Of a DNA stretch of 64,000 bases, positions 39,928 through 48,150 are shown in pieces. How positions within the stretch are numbered: the first letter of the stretch is position 1; each line of letters opens with the position of its first letter. The notes beneath the pieces are model-generated. The model had not been told where the DNA came from. It was given only the letters and a program-made list of their open reading frames with translations, and did no database searches. The position numbers were made by a program, and so were the translations under genes. The stretch is from Dehalococcoidales bacterium. Its GTDB lineage: Bacteria > Chloroflexota > Dehalococcoidia > Dehalococcoidales > RBG-16-60-22. The DNA lies in the NCBI GenBank assembly GCA_034430375.1, contig DAOUER010000001.1:5760-69759 (forward strand), read 5' to 3'.

Positions 39928-39947
39928 TCTTGTTTATATCGTGAGAT

Positions 39948-40436
39948 TCAGACGGACACACGGTTTATAACGCGTTTATTAGAATCGGGCATAATGACAA
40001 TAGTCATCACCGGGCGGACAACGTTACGCCATATTTGAGGGAAATGGGCCAGACCGGGTGGAACGTAGATGCTTGATGAGGTGTTGACGATAACGCTATC
40101 TCTTGACTCCCCTTCTCCCAGCCAGAACTCTACCTCTGCTCCCAGGTCGGCGGTATTCCTGGCATCGGTACCCAAGAACATGAAAATCTCGGCATAATCG
40201 TGCTTGTGAGGCTCGGTGATAAAGCCGTCGCCAATGGTAACATCACCGGTAATGATACCGTATTCAATGATAGAGGAGCCTTCTTTGATGCGGTCAGAGG
40301 AAAAGATAACCCTGGGTCCGGTGTCTACAGGGCTGGCCACGGGTATCTCATCGGTTTCCGGGATAATTTCCTGATAATCGTTGGTGATAATAGCCGGTTT
40401 ACGGGTGACGTATTTATCATATCTTGATACTGCCAT
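39948..40436 (-). CDS. cupin-fold protein (162 aa)
   Basis: EPHKHDYAEIFMFLG ... GLAHFP resembles the two-motif cupin metal-site pattern. Confidence 0.55.
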   Translation of the reverse strand: MAVSRYDKYVTRKPAIITNDYQEIIPETDEIPVASPVDTGPRVIFSSDRIKEGSSIIEYGIITGDVTIGDGFITEPHKHDYAEIFMFLGTDARNTADLGAEVEFWLGEGESRDSVIVNTSSSIYVPPGLAHFPQIWRNVVRPVMTIVIMPDSNKRVINRVSV

Positions 40437-40477
40437 GTGAACAACTCCTTTACAGTGGTAGGTGATTCGTATAAGTC

Positions 40478-40506
40478 ATGATATTCGAGTTACTCAGGCG
40501 AGTCAA
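40478..40506 (-). promoter_or_regulatory. candidate promoter for the cupin gene
   Basis: On the minus strand: TTGACT (40506-40501), a 17-nt spacer, then TATCAT (40483-40478). Confidence 0.45.
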
Positions 40507-40510
40507 GAAA

Positions 40511-40558
40511 GGTAAAAGAAGAACCCCCTCTCCTGTGTTTGACGAGATGGAGAGGGGG
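40511..40558 (-). terminator. rho-independent terminator after the surface-protein operon
   Basis: Perfect 10-bp stem CCCCCTCTCC (40524-40533) / GGAGAGGGGG (40549-40558) with a 15-nt loop. On the minus strand it is followed by TTCTTCTTTTACC. Confidence 0.7.
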
Positions 40559-40581
40559 CTAATATTACGATTAACCGGTGC

Positions 40582-42267
40582 CTAGTAGAAGAAAGCCGTC
40601 CGTCTACCCAGCCAGTATCCCAATCCGAAGAGGAGTATCCCACCGACTATCGCCAGGACGATAATAGCCCAGGTGGGGAAGGAGAAGGGCGGGGATATAT
40701 AGAACTCGCCGGGGCCCGACCAGGTGCTTTCATTGAGGGCGGCATCGACGGCCTTTACTCTCCAGTAGTAGGGAGTTTCCCGGCCGGCAAGGTCGAGTTC
40801 TTCCTGTTCGGTTAAAACATAGCCGGAGACTTCCAGTTCTGTCTTTTCAAGGACGATGGAGTTTGTCCCGAAAGTGGCATCTGAAGAAATCTGGAGAACA
40901 TAAGTTACCGGAATACTGTCATCAGTCACATCTTCCCAGTCAAAGAGAATCGGGGCTTTAGCTTTTTCACCCATTTTGGGCAACAGCATGGGCGGATTTA
41001 GCGGAGCCGTAGATTCTATGGTATAGATTATCTCGTCGGTATTAGTTCCGTCAGTGACGGTGATTGTGTGGTCGCCGCCAGTGCTCAGGGGAGCGGTGAA
41101 GGTTACCCCGAATAAACCGGCGGAATCGATCTGGGCTGTTGCTACCTCAACATCGTCGAATTTGAGTGTAGCAATGCCGCCGGGCGTGAAACCAGCTCCG
41201 CCTATTCCAATAGTGTTACCGCTGGAATTGATACTAAGATCGGTTGTATCAGGTGTCGGCGTGGGTGTGGGTGTCGGCGTGGGTGTGGGTGTGGGCGTTG
41301 GTTCGGTTACGTTAAGAGTAAAAGCGACAACAGCCAGGTTTTCGTCTTCGTCTTCAACTTCTAAATAATAGGTACCCTGAGGGAGGTCTAAATCCGGTAT
41401 TTCAAAAACGGGAATGTAAAAGCTGCCAACGGTATCGGTCTGCGCTTGAGAAATATAGGTATTATTAAAGTATATATCTACCAGTTTGGGCCTCCTGGCG
41501 AATCCGGTGCCGCTGATGGAGATAGAATCACCCGGCTCTCCCGATTGAGGGAAGATAACGATTTCAGGTTCTACGGTAAACTGAGCGGTAGCGGCATAGC
41601 CGGAAACGGTAGCCACGATATCGTGAGCTCCAGCCTTGCTTTCCGGTATTAGAATAGTAGAAGAGAAATCACCGGCAGTGTTGGTAGCCGTACTGCCTTG
41701 TTCAATCGGAACGGCCGTACCACCGAAGGTGATGGATATCGCCGAACTGGCGGCAAAGCTTTGCCCGGTGATAACCACCGGGGACTCAACCGTACCGATA
41801 ATCGGATTAAGCGAAATATCACCACCGACTACAGTGAAAGTACCGATAGCGACTATTGCTAGAGATGCCCCCGGCTGGCAGGCATATATATAATGAAGAC
41901 CGGAGGTTACGGCATTGTTATTTCCATACTTACTCGGCACGGTAAAGGTCGTAGTAAACGAGCCAGTAGTGCCGGTCGTAAGACCGGAAGCAATCGTGGC
42001 AAATGTAGTGACATGGGTTCCTATGATTTCACTGATAGTAGCCTGCTGGTTAGAAAAATACAAAACAACGCCTTCTATCGGGTTTGTGGTGGGCATAAAG
42101 CCCAAGCCGTTGATGCTTATAGTACTACCAATCTGGCCTGTAGTGGGGGATGTTAGCAAATTTGCTGCCATCACCGGTGATGCCGGTATAACCACCAGGA
42201 GAAGAGATAGTATCAGGACTATCCCCAGGTATTTCCCGATTCTTAATAATTTCATTTTATCCTCCAC
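40582..42267 (-). CDS. cell-surface protein: signal/anchor, IPT/TIG-like repeats, (PT)n linker, Fn3-like module, C-terminal TM anchor
   Basis: 561 aa with an N-terminal hydrophobic signal, repeated GxxVTIxGxGF-type Ig-like units, EPTPTPTPTPTPTPTPTPD, the module WEDVTDDSIPVTYVLQISSDATF...YYWRVKAVDAALNESTWS, and the C-terminus FSFPTWAIIVLAIVGGILLFGLGYWLGRRTAFFY. Confidence 0.8.
   Translation of the reverse strand: MEDKMKLLRIGKYLGIVLILSLLLVVIPASPVMAANLLTSPTTGQIGSTISINGLGFMPTTNPIEGVVLYFSNQQATISEIIGTHVTTFATIASGLTTGTTGSFTTTFTVPSKYGNNNAVTSGLHYIYACQPGASLAIVAIGTFTVVGGDISLNPIIGTVESPVVITGQSFAASSAISITFGGTAVPIEQGSTATNTAGDFSSTILIPESKAGAHDIVATVSGYAATAQFTVEPEIVIFPQSGEPGDSISISGTGFARRPKLVDIYFNNTYISQAQTDTVGSFYIPVFEIPDLDLPQGTYYLEVEDEDENLAVVAFTLNVTEPTPTPTPTPTPTPTPTPDTTDLSINSSGNTIGIGGAGFTPGGIATLKFDDVEVATAQIDSAGLFGVTFTAPLSTGGDHTITVTDGTNTDEIIYTIESTAPLNPPMLLPKMGEKAKAPILFDWEDVTDDSIPVTYVLQISSDATFGTNSIVLEKTELEVSGYVLTEQEELDLAGRETPYYWRVKAVDAALNESTWSGPGEFYISPPFSFPTWAIIVLAIVGGILLFGLGYWLGRRTAFFY
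41251..41301. repeat. hexanucleotide tandem repeat (ggtgt[cg]gg[cg]gtgggt...) encoding the (Pro-Thr)n linker
   Basis: Direct reading of 41251-41301. It is coding low-complexity sequence, not a CRISPR. Confidence 0.85.
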
Positions 42268-42271
42268 AGTT

Positions 42272-44137
42272 CTATTTCTGGTCCGGTGGCTTAGAAGCTA
42301 CTCGCCTTCCCAACCAATATGCCAGATAGCCAACCAGGATAGCGGCTATCCCAATAAGAGTATAAATTGCCCAGGAGGGAAAAGTAAACCCCGATTGATA
42401 ATAAAATAAACCCGGGGTTGACCATTCACCTTCATTTTGGGCGTTATCAATAGCTTTGATTCTCCAGTAATAGGGGGTATCCGGCTGGGTTTTCGGTAGT
42501 TTATCTTCCCGGGTAAGAATATATTCAGAAACGGTTAATCCTATCCGTTCCAGGACGGCGGAAGAGAAGCCGAGGTCAGTACCTATCTGCAAATTGTAGG
42601 TTACCGGAGGATTAAGGCTGCTAACATCCTGCCAGTCAAAATATGCCGGAGCTTCTACCTTAGTATCGGTGTCAGGTAGAAGCAGGCCGGGCATCATCGG
42701 GGTGTTAAGGATAAATGACCACGGGCTGGACCACTCGCTTTGATTGCCGGCGCTATCTTTCGCTCTAACTCTCCAGTAATAGGGCAAGTCCGGCGGTACG
42801 GCCGATAAGGCCTGGGCTTCGGTGAGGGTATATTCAGAATCGGGTATTTCAGTAATATTCAGGATTATCGATGAAAAATTCTGGTCATCGGCAATCTGGA
42901 GTCGGTATACAACCGGCCCGCTGGGGTCGGTAACGTCCTGCCAGTCAAAATAAGTCCGTGACCTCGTATCCGTTTGATTTGAAGGTAATAAGAGGATGGG
43001 AGGTAGTGGCGACTCTGCTTCAACAAAGAAAATAAAGTCTTCAGTATAAGTGCCGTCAGTGACGGTAATCTGGTGAGTGCCGCTGATACTCGGTGGGACA
43101 TCGAATGTTGCGGTAAACTCGCCGAAAATATCAGCGACGGCTGAAAGAACGACGGTTCCGTCGAAAGTGGTGGTTATACCTTTCCCCGGGGTAAAGCCAT
43201 CACCGGTGATGGTTACTTCGGACCCGATGGCTCCCGATGTCGGGCTTAAGCCGATGGTAGCGGCAACGGTAAAACGTATTTTGGCCTGATTTTTGTATAC
43301 ATCCTCCGCTTTCATATCATAGGTTTTGGGTAGTACGTCGGGGATGTTAAAGACTACCTCAAAATCACCCTTATCGCTGGTCCGGACCGTTGTTATGGGG
43401 CGCACTCCCAGGATGATATTAACATCCGTTCTATACCCAAATCCGGTACCGGCCAGTGTTACCAGGTTACCAGGCCCAGCGACGGTGGTATTCATAACAA
43501 TTTCAGGTATTACCGTAAACGCAGTTTCTATTTCATTCCCTCTATCATTATGGGCGACTACTCTATGAGAACCGCTGATACTGTGGGGAACAGTAAAATT
43601 AAAGTTGAAAAGCCCGGTAGCCGAGGCGATAGTATCACCCAGTTTTTCCGCGGAAACATTGTAATAGTAAAAATCAATAATCCTATTGGAGTAGAATCCC
43701 TGCCCGGTAAAATTCACTTCGGTACCAACCGGACCCTGAGAGACATCAATAACAGCCAGGGGTTTTTCGATGACAAAGGAGTGCTGGGCAAGCAGATGAA
43801 CCGGTTGGGCGGTGCTGTAGATACTAATCCATTGCTGGCCGCTGGCAGCTGTTTCCGGGACGGTAAACTCCAGGGAGAAATCGCCTGAGTCAGGAATCAG
43901 CAGAGGGCTGCCCGATACTTCAGACGCGCCAAAAGTAATAGTTACGTAATCGCCAATATAAGAATCAAAGTTATTTCCGTTTACGGTGATGTTTGTACCG
44001 ATGGCGCCGGAAATAGGGGAGATGACAATTACCGGCGCAGCGAGAACGGGTGTAGCCAAAGTCAGCATGGCCAGTATTGGCAGTAGCAGTACCAGAGATA
44101 GGATTACTCTACGGTATCCTGAAAAATAACCTGCCAT
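42272..44137 (-). CDS. paralogous cell-surface protein: signal/anchor, IPT/TIG-like repeats, two Fn3-like modules, C-terminal TM anchor
   Basis: 621 aa with the modules YFDWQDVTDPSGPVVYRLQIADDQNF...YYWRVRAKDSAGNQSEWS and YFDWQDVSSLNPPVTYNLQIGTDLGF...YYWRIKAIDNAQNEGEWS, and the C-terminus FTFPSWAIYTLIGIAAILVGYLAYWLGRRVASKPPDQK. It lies 4 nt upstream of the 561-aa paralog. Confidence 0.8.
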   Translation of the reverse strand: MAGYFSGYRRVILSLVLLLPILAMLTLATPVLAAPVIVISPISGAIGTNITVNGNNFDSYIGDYVTITFGASEVSGSPLLIPDSGDFSLEFTVPETAASGQQWISIYSTAQPVHLLAQHSFVIEKPLAVIDVSQGPVGTEVNFTGQGFYSNRIIDFYYYNVSAEKLGDTIASATGLFNFNFTVPHSISGSHRVVAHNDRGNEIETAFTVIPEIVMNTTVAGPGNLVTLAGTGFGYRTDVNIILGVRPITTVRTSDKGDFEVVFNIPDVLPKTYDMKAEDVYKNQAKIRFTVAATIGLSPTSGAIGSEVTITGDGFTPGKGITTTFDGTVVLSAVADIFGEFTATFDVPPSISGTHQITVTDGTYTEDFIFFVEAESPLPPILLLPSNQTDTRSRTYFDWQDVTDPSGPVVYRLQIADDQNFSSIILNITEIPDSEYTLTEAQALSAVPPDLPYYWRVRAKDSAGNQSEWSSPWSFILNTPMMPGLLLPDTDTKVEAPAYFDWQDVSSLNPPVTYNLQIGTDLGFSSAVLERIGLTVSEYILTREDKLPKTQPDTPYYWRIKAIDNAQNEGEWSTPGLFYYQSGFTFPSWAIYTLIGIAAILVGYLAYWLGRRVASKPPDQK

Positions 44138-44195
44138 ACTTCACCCCTTAAAGCGGAGAAAAATCATTGGGGAGATATACCGCTGTTTGAACACA

Positions 44196-44225
44196 ATTTT
44201 AAGTTTACCAGGGACTTGTTGTCAA
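44196..44225 (-). promoter_or_regulatory. candidate promoter for the surface-protein operon
   Basis: On the minus strand: TTGACA (44225-44220), an 18-nt spacer, then TAAAAT (44201-44196). It overlaps the palindrome GACTTG-ttgt-CAAGTC (44213-44228). Confidence 0.5.
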
Positions 44226-44257
44226 GTCATACAGTACCAAAGCACGACAATATTTTA

Positions 44258-44287
44258 TTGACTGAGATAGAACATATGTGCTATTTT
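44258..44287 (+). promoter_or_regulatory. candidate promoter for the portal/capsid operon
   Basis: TTGACT (44258-44263), an 18-nt spacer containing AGAACATATGTGC, then TATTTT (44282-44287) preceded by TGc. The spacer/-10 motif recurs at 35603-35619. Confidence 0.45.
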
Positions 44288-44313
44288 TAAGTGTTTGTTT
44301 TGAGAGGTGAGAT

Positions 44314-44649
44314 ATGGATTTTGTGACGTCTGAGAAAAGCGATGAAGGATTGAATTTTGATGAGGAGGACGAAGAAAGCGAACCGGACCTGCCACCGGAA
44401 TATTGCCATTACCGTGATGAAGGGTGCGAATTTATCGACTCCTGCCTGAATTGCCCGCTGCCGCAATGCCTTTATGACGAACCACGGGGAAAGCAGAAAT
44501 GGCTGAAGGAACTAAGGAACCGGGAAATAGAGAGGCTATACCGGGATGGATGGAAAATACGAGAGCTGGCTGTGATACTGGGATTGAGTCGGAGAACCAT
44601 ACAGAGAGCCTTAAAAATCAATAATATGAAATATGCCAATTACCGTTAG
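44314..44649 (+). CDS. Cys-rich + helix-turn-helix small protein (111 aa)
   Basis: Acidic N-terminus, the Cys cluster C-x6-C-x5-C-x2-C-x4-C (YCHYRDEGCEFIDSCLNCPLPQC), and a C-terminal HTH IRELAVILGLSRRTIQRALK. GAGAGGTGA RBS. Confidence 0.6.
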   Translation: MDFVTSEKSDEGLNFDEEDEESEPDLPPEYCHYRDEGCEFIDSCLNCPLPQCLYDEPRGKQKWLKELRNREIERLYRDGWKIRELAVILGLSRRTIQRALKINNMKYANYR

Positions 44650-44690
44650 CGTTACCGATACAGGATTAAAAATTAGCGAAGGAGAAACAG

Positions 44691-46082
44691 TTGAAAATGA
44701 ATGAGGCCGTTCCTTCACAGATAGATCGCCTGGACATTGATAGGATGAAAGGATACCGGAGACTACTGGACTTCTATTACGGCATCCAATGGGAAGGACG
44801 TGAGAGAAGGGGAGAAAGACACCTGGTTTTTAACTATGCCAGGGTGTTTATTGAAAAGATAACGTCATACCTGATGGCGGGAATCAGCTATACCGTTGAA
44901 GCTAATAACGATGATGATAAATCCGAAAGCAACGCGAGCAAGGCCGTCGCGGCTCTATACCGGGTCTATGAGGATAATTACCTCGAACAGCTAGACCTGG
45001 AAACCGAGATAGACTGTGCGATACTCGGGGACGCCTGCTATAAGGTTTTCTGGGACCAGAACGAGAAACGTGTGCGGGTAACGGCGCCGGATGCTCAGGG
45101 GATTTACGCCTGGTGGAGCGGCGACGATATATCGCGGTTATGGCGGGTGGCTTCCCGGTATAGTCTCGATGCCGAGGAAGCGGAAATAATTTATGGGATA
45201 AAACCGAAAAATAAATCGGCCAAGATTACAGAGATATGGACAGAAAAAGACTTCGAGCTTTACCTGGATAACACGCCGATAGAAGCCAAAGCCAATCCTT
45301 ACGGATTCATACCTTTTATTATCTACCCCAATCTGCGGGAACCGAAGAAGTTCTGGGGAATATCGGACCTGCCCCAGATAATGGAATCGCAGCGGGAACT
45401 TAACCGGGCGATGAGTCAGCTTTCAAAGATACTGGAGCTATCCGGAAATCCGATAGCGGTGCTGGAGAACGTGGAGGAGTCCGAAGATATTGCCATCAGC
45501 CCGGGGGCGGTGTGGAACATACCGGAAGACGCCAAGGCCTACCTGCTGGACCTGCTGCAGGGCGGCGGGGTGAATCTACATATTAATTATATCGATTTGA
45601 TTTACCGCGCTTTGCATGACCTTTCGGAGTCACCGCGGTCGGCTTTCGGAGGTATCGAAAGAGACCTTTCGGGGGTAGCCCTGGAGATTGAACTGCAGCC
45701 GCTTTTACAGAAGGTGAGAAGGAAGAGGATTATCCGGGCGGCGGCCTACAACCGGCGTAACGAGATGATTCTCAAGCTTTTAAAGAAATACCGGGGTGAG
45801 GATTACGGTAGGAACAACCTGCGGGTAATCTGGGGTCCGGTACTTCCCCGGGACATGGACAGAAAAGTAAACAGCGAACAAATGATGGTACAAACCGGTA
45901 TACATTCGCGGCGGACGGCTATGAATGAGATCGGTGTGAAAGACCCGGACTTTGAATTTAAGCGATGGCTCAATGAAAGAGAGTCGATTCTAAGAATGAA
46001 CAAAGAACTTAACGCCAAATCAGCCCGAAACGGAGCGAGAGAGGGAGCTTTACCGTCTCCGGCGGAAAGCGTTGAGGAATAA
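44691..46082 (+). CDS. phage portal protein
   Basis: 463 aa. It sits upstream of scaffold and capsid. The N-terminal YYGIQWEGRERRGERHLVFNYARVFIEKITSYLMAG resembles SPP1-type portals. Confidence 0.75.
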   Translation: MKMNEAVPSQIDRLDIDRMKGYRRLLDFYYGIQWEGRERRGERHLVFNYARVFIEKITSYLMAGISYTVEANNDDDKSESNASKAVAALYRVYEDNYLEQLDLETEIDCAILGDACYKVFWDQNEKRVRVTAPDAQGIYAWWSGDDISRLWRVASRYSLDAEEAEIIYGIKPKNKSAKITEIWTEKDFELYLDNTPIEAKANPYGFIPFIIYPNLREPKKFWGISDLPQIMESQRELNRAMSQLSKILELSGNPIAVLENVEESEDIAISPGAVWNIPEDAKAYLLDLLQGGGVNLHINYIDLIYRALHDLSESPRSAFGGIERDLSGVALEIELQPLLQKVRRKRIIRAAAYNRRNEMILKLLKKYRGEDYGRNNLRVIWGPVLPRDMDRKVNSEQMMVQTGIHSRRTAMNEIGVKDPDFEFKRWLNERESILRMNKELNAKSARNGAREGALPSPAESVEE

Positions 46083-46091
46083 TCAGGAGGA

Positions 46092-46586
46092 ATGATGGTA
46101 ACGCAGAAAGAAAAACAGGAAACGCCGGAAGCGGAAATAGATGGTGAGGATGAACTGGAAGGTTTGAAGCGACGGAACGAAACCCTGCAACAGGAGATTA
46201 AAGTCCGAGATGCTGCCATAACCCGACTGGAGCTGGAGAAAGCCGCCCAGGAAGGTGAAATTGCCGAAATGAAAAGTACGGTGGCGGATGCCGAGGGCAG
46301 GATTACCGAACTCAGCGAGGCTCTGGCCAAGGCGGTAGCCGCTTACCGAGAGCAGATTATCCAGGGCAATCCGGGTGTGCTAGCGGACTTAATCAGCGGA
46401 GAAAACATCGAAGAAATTGATGAATCCTTGAAGAAAGCGATGGCGCTCGTAGAGAAGGTCAAGCAGGAAATGGAAGAGGAAGCCGCCAGGATGAGAGTAC
46501 CCGGGGGCGCGCCGCAGCGGACACCGATGGACCTTTCGGCGTTATCACCCCGCGAGAAAATCCAGTATGCCATCGGGGGTTCCTAG
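46092..46586 (+). CDS. phage scaffolding protein
   Basis: 164-aa acidic coiled-coil protein between the portal and capsid genes. Confidence 0.6.
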   Translation: MMVTQKEKQETPEAEIDGEDELEGLKRRNETLQQEIKVRDAAITRLELEKAAQEGEIAEMKSTVADAEGRITELSEALAKAVAAYREQIIQGNPGVLADLISGENIEEIDESLKKAMALVEKVKQEMEEEAARMRVPGGAPQRTPMDLSALSPREKIQYAIGGS

Positions 46587-46632
46587 TTACCGTATTCCTC
46601 GCCAAGAATATATAAAGAAGAGGTGAATTAAT

Positions 46633-47553
46633 ATGGCTTTAACATTAGACGAGGCAGCCAAACTGTCGAACGATATGCTACTGCAGGGGGTGGTGGAGAC
46701 CATCGTCAAGGACTCGCCGGTGCTCCAGAGAATGCCCTTTATCGAAATCGTGGGCAACGGCCTGACCTACAACCAGGAACAGACCTTACCTAACATCGAC
46801 TTTTATGACGTCGGCGATACCTGGGCGGAATCCACGCCGACTTTCGAGCAGATAACCTCCAACCTGAAAATCATGGGCGGCGACGCCGACGTCGATAATT
46901 TCCTGAAATCGACCCGCAGCAATGTCCAGGACCTGGAAGCGGCGGTAATCGAGCTCAAGGCCAAGGCGCTGAGAGATAAATTCGAGGATATCTTTATCTA
47001 CGGCGATTCTGGCGTCAATGCCAAAGAATTCGACGGTCTCCGGGTGCTCATCGATACCGAGTCGACGGGTGCGCAGGTGGTTTCCATGGGAGGTACCGGG
47101 GCCACCCTGACCCTGGCCAAGCTCGATGAGCTTATCGACGCCGTCAAGAGCGGCAAGCCCGACATGCTACTGATGAGCCGGCGCTCAAGACGCAAGATTA
47201 ACGCCCTGGTAAGGGCTGCCGGCGGCATGACCGAGACCGACCGCGACCGGTTTGGTAATTTCGTGCAGCTCTGGGACGGCGTACCCATCGGCGTCAACGA
47301 CTGGATACTGGATACACACGTGCTGGTGTCCGGCCTGGAAACAGCTACCACCGGCGGCACCTGCTCCACGATATACGCCGTCCAGTTCGGTGAGGGGGCC
47401 CTCTGCGGTCTGACCAGCCCCGGACACCTGCAGGCGGAGCCGGTAGGTGCGCTGGAGAACAAGGATGCTTCCCGGACCCGGGTGAAGTGGTACGTCTCAC
47501 TGGCGCTGTTTAGCGCGGTGAAAGCGGCCGCGTTAATCGGCGTGAAAGATTAG
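46633..47553 (+). CDS. phage major capsid protein (HK97-fold type, no delta domain)
   Basis: 306 aa. The N-terminus LSNDMLLQGVVETIVKDSPVLQRMPFIEIVGNGLTYNQE and the GGDADVDNFL block recall a widespread capsid family. AGAGGTGA RBS, and position after the scaffold. Confidence 0.75.
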   Translation: MALTLDEAAKLSNDMLLQGVVETIVKDSPVLQRMPFIEIVGNGLTYNQEQTLPNIDFYDVGDTWAESTPTFEQITSNLKIMGGDADVDNFLKSTRSNVQDLEAAVIELKAKALRDKFEDIFIYGDSGVNAKEFDGLRVLIDTESTGAQVVSMGGTGATLTLAKLDELIDAVKSGKPDMLLMSRRSRRKINALVRAAGGMTETDRDRFGNFVQLWDGVPIGVNDWILDTHVLVSGLETATTGGTCSTIYAVQFGEGALCGLTSPGHLQAEPVGALENKDASRTRVKWYVSLALFSAVKAAALIGVKD

Positions 47554-47592
47554 CAGATTGACATAACTATAGTACAAGCAGATGAATAATCA

Positions 47593-47618
47593 GGGGGAGG
47601 TTTTATCAAATCTCCCCC
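47593..47618 (+). other. stem-loop between the capsid gene and the next gene
   Basis: GGGGGAG-N12-CTCCCCC (7 bp, extendable by a G-U). GAGGAGG and the ATG at 47631 follow directly. There is no T-run, so it is a possible attenuator or mRNA-stability element rather than a full terminator. Confidence 0.4.
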
Positions 47619-47630
47619 GAGGAGGAAGAA

Positions 47631-48137
47631 ATGGGAAAAAAGGAAGGCGCTAAATGGCTGTGCCGGTTCAAACTCAGTAAATACCGGGAAGACATCGAGG
47701 CATACCGGGACAACGAAGACGAGTTTCACCGGTTGTTCAAACCTTATGAAATAATCGAACGCGAGGGGAACGTTTTACTCAATACCGGCATCGACGAGAT
47801 ATGGGACCTGGTTACCGGGGCTTCTTCGGATTACTTTAATAACACCAACGCCCAGATAGGCGTCGGCGATTCCAGCTCGGCGGCCAGCCCCAGCCAGACT
47901 GATTTACAGGCGGACACCAACAAGACGTACAAGGCTATGGAATCCGGCTACCCGACATCGACGACACAGAAGGTGACGTTCAAATCCAGCTTCGGGAGCA
48001 GCGAAGCCAACTATGCCTGGAACGAGTGGGTGGTCAAGCAATCATCCAGCGCAGTATGCCTTAACCGGAAGGTGGAAAGTCTCGGCACGAAATCGTCCGG
48101 CACCTGGACACTGGAAGTAGATATAACACTAAGTTAG
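47631..48137 (+). CDS. phage structural protein, function unassigned (168 aa)
   Basis: Position directly after the capsid gene, a strong RBS, and a Ser/Thr-rich composition that looks beta-rich. Confidence 0.5.
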   Translation: MGKKEGAKWLCRFKLSKYREDIEAYRDNEDEFHRLFKPYEIIEREGNVLLNTGIDEIWDLVTGASSDYFNNTNAQIGVGDSSSAASPSQTDLQADTNKTYKAMESGYPTSTTQKVTFKSSFGSSEANYAWNEWVVKQSSSAVCLNRKVESLGTKSSGTWTLEVDITLS

Positions 48138-48150
48138 GGGATATAGCCCG

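Noticed and set aside
41251-41301. A short-period direct repeat that could be mistaken for a repeat array.
   Set aside because: It is a coding hexanucleotide repeat specifying the (Pro-Thr)n linker of the surface protein. It has no spacers, so it is not a CRISPR. No CRISPR array was seen anywhere in the window.
45803-46330. A 175-aa minus-strand ORF across the portal/scaffold junction. The same applies to 46998-47462, 49701-50090, 50184-50648, 50783-51457 and 51518-52387 on the minus strand.
   Set aside because: All are antisense to the co-directional phage-like structural operon. Their Ser/Arg/Pro-rich translations are typical of GC-rich shadow frames.
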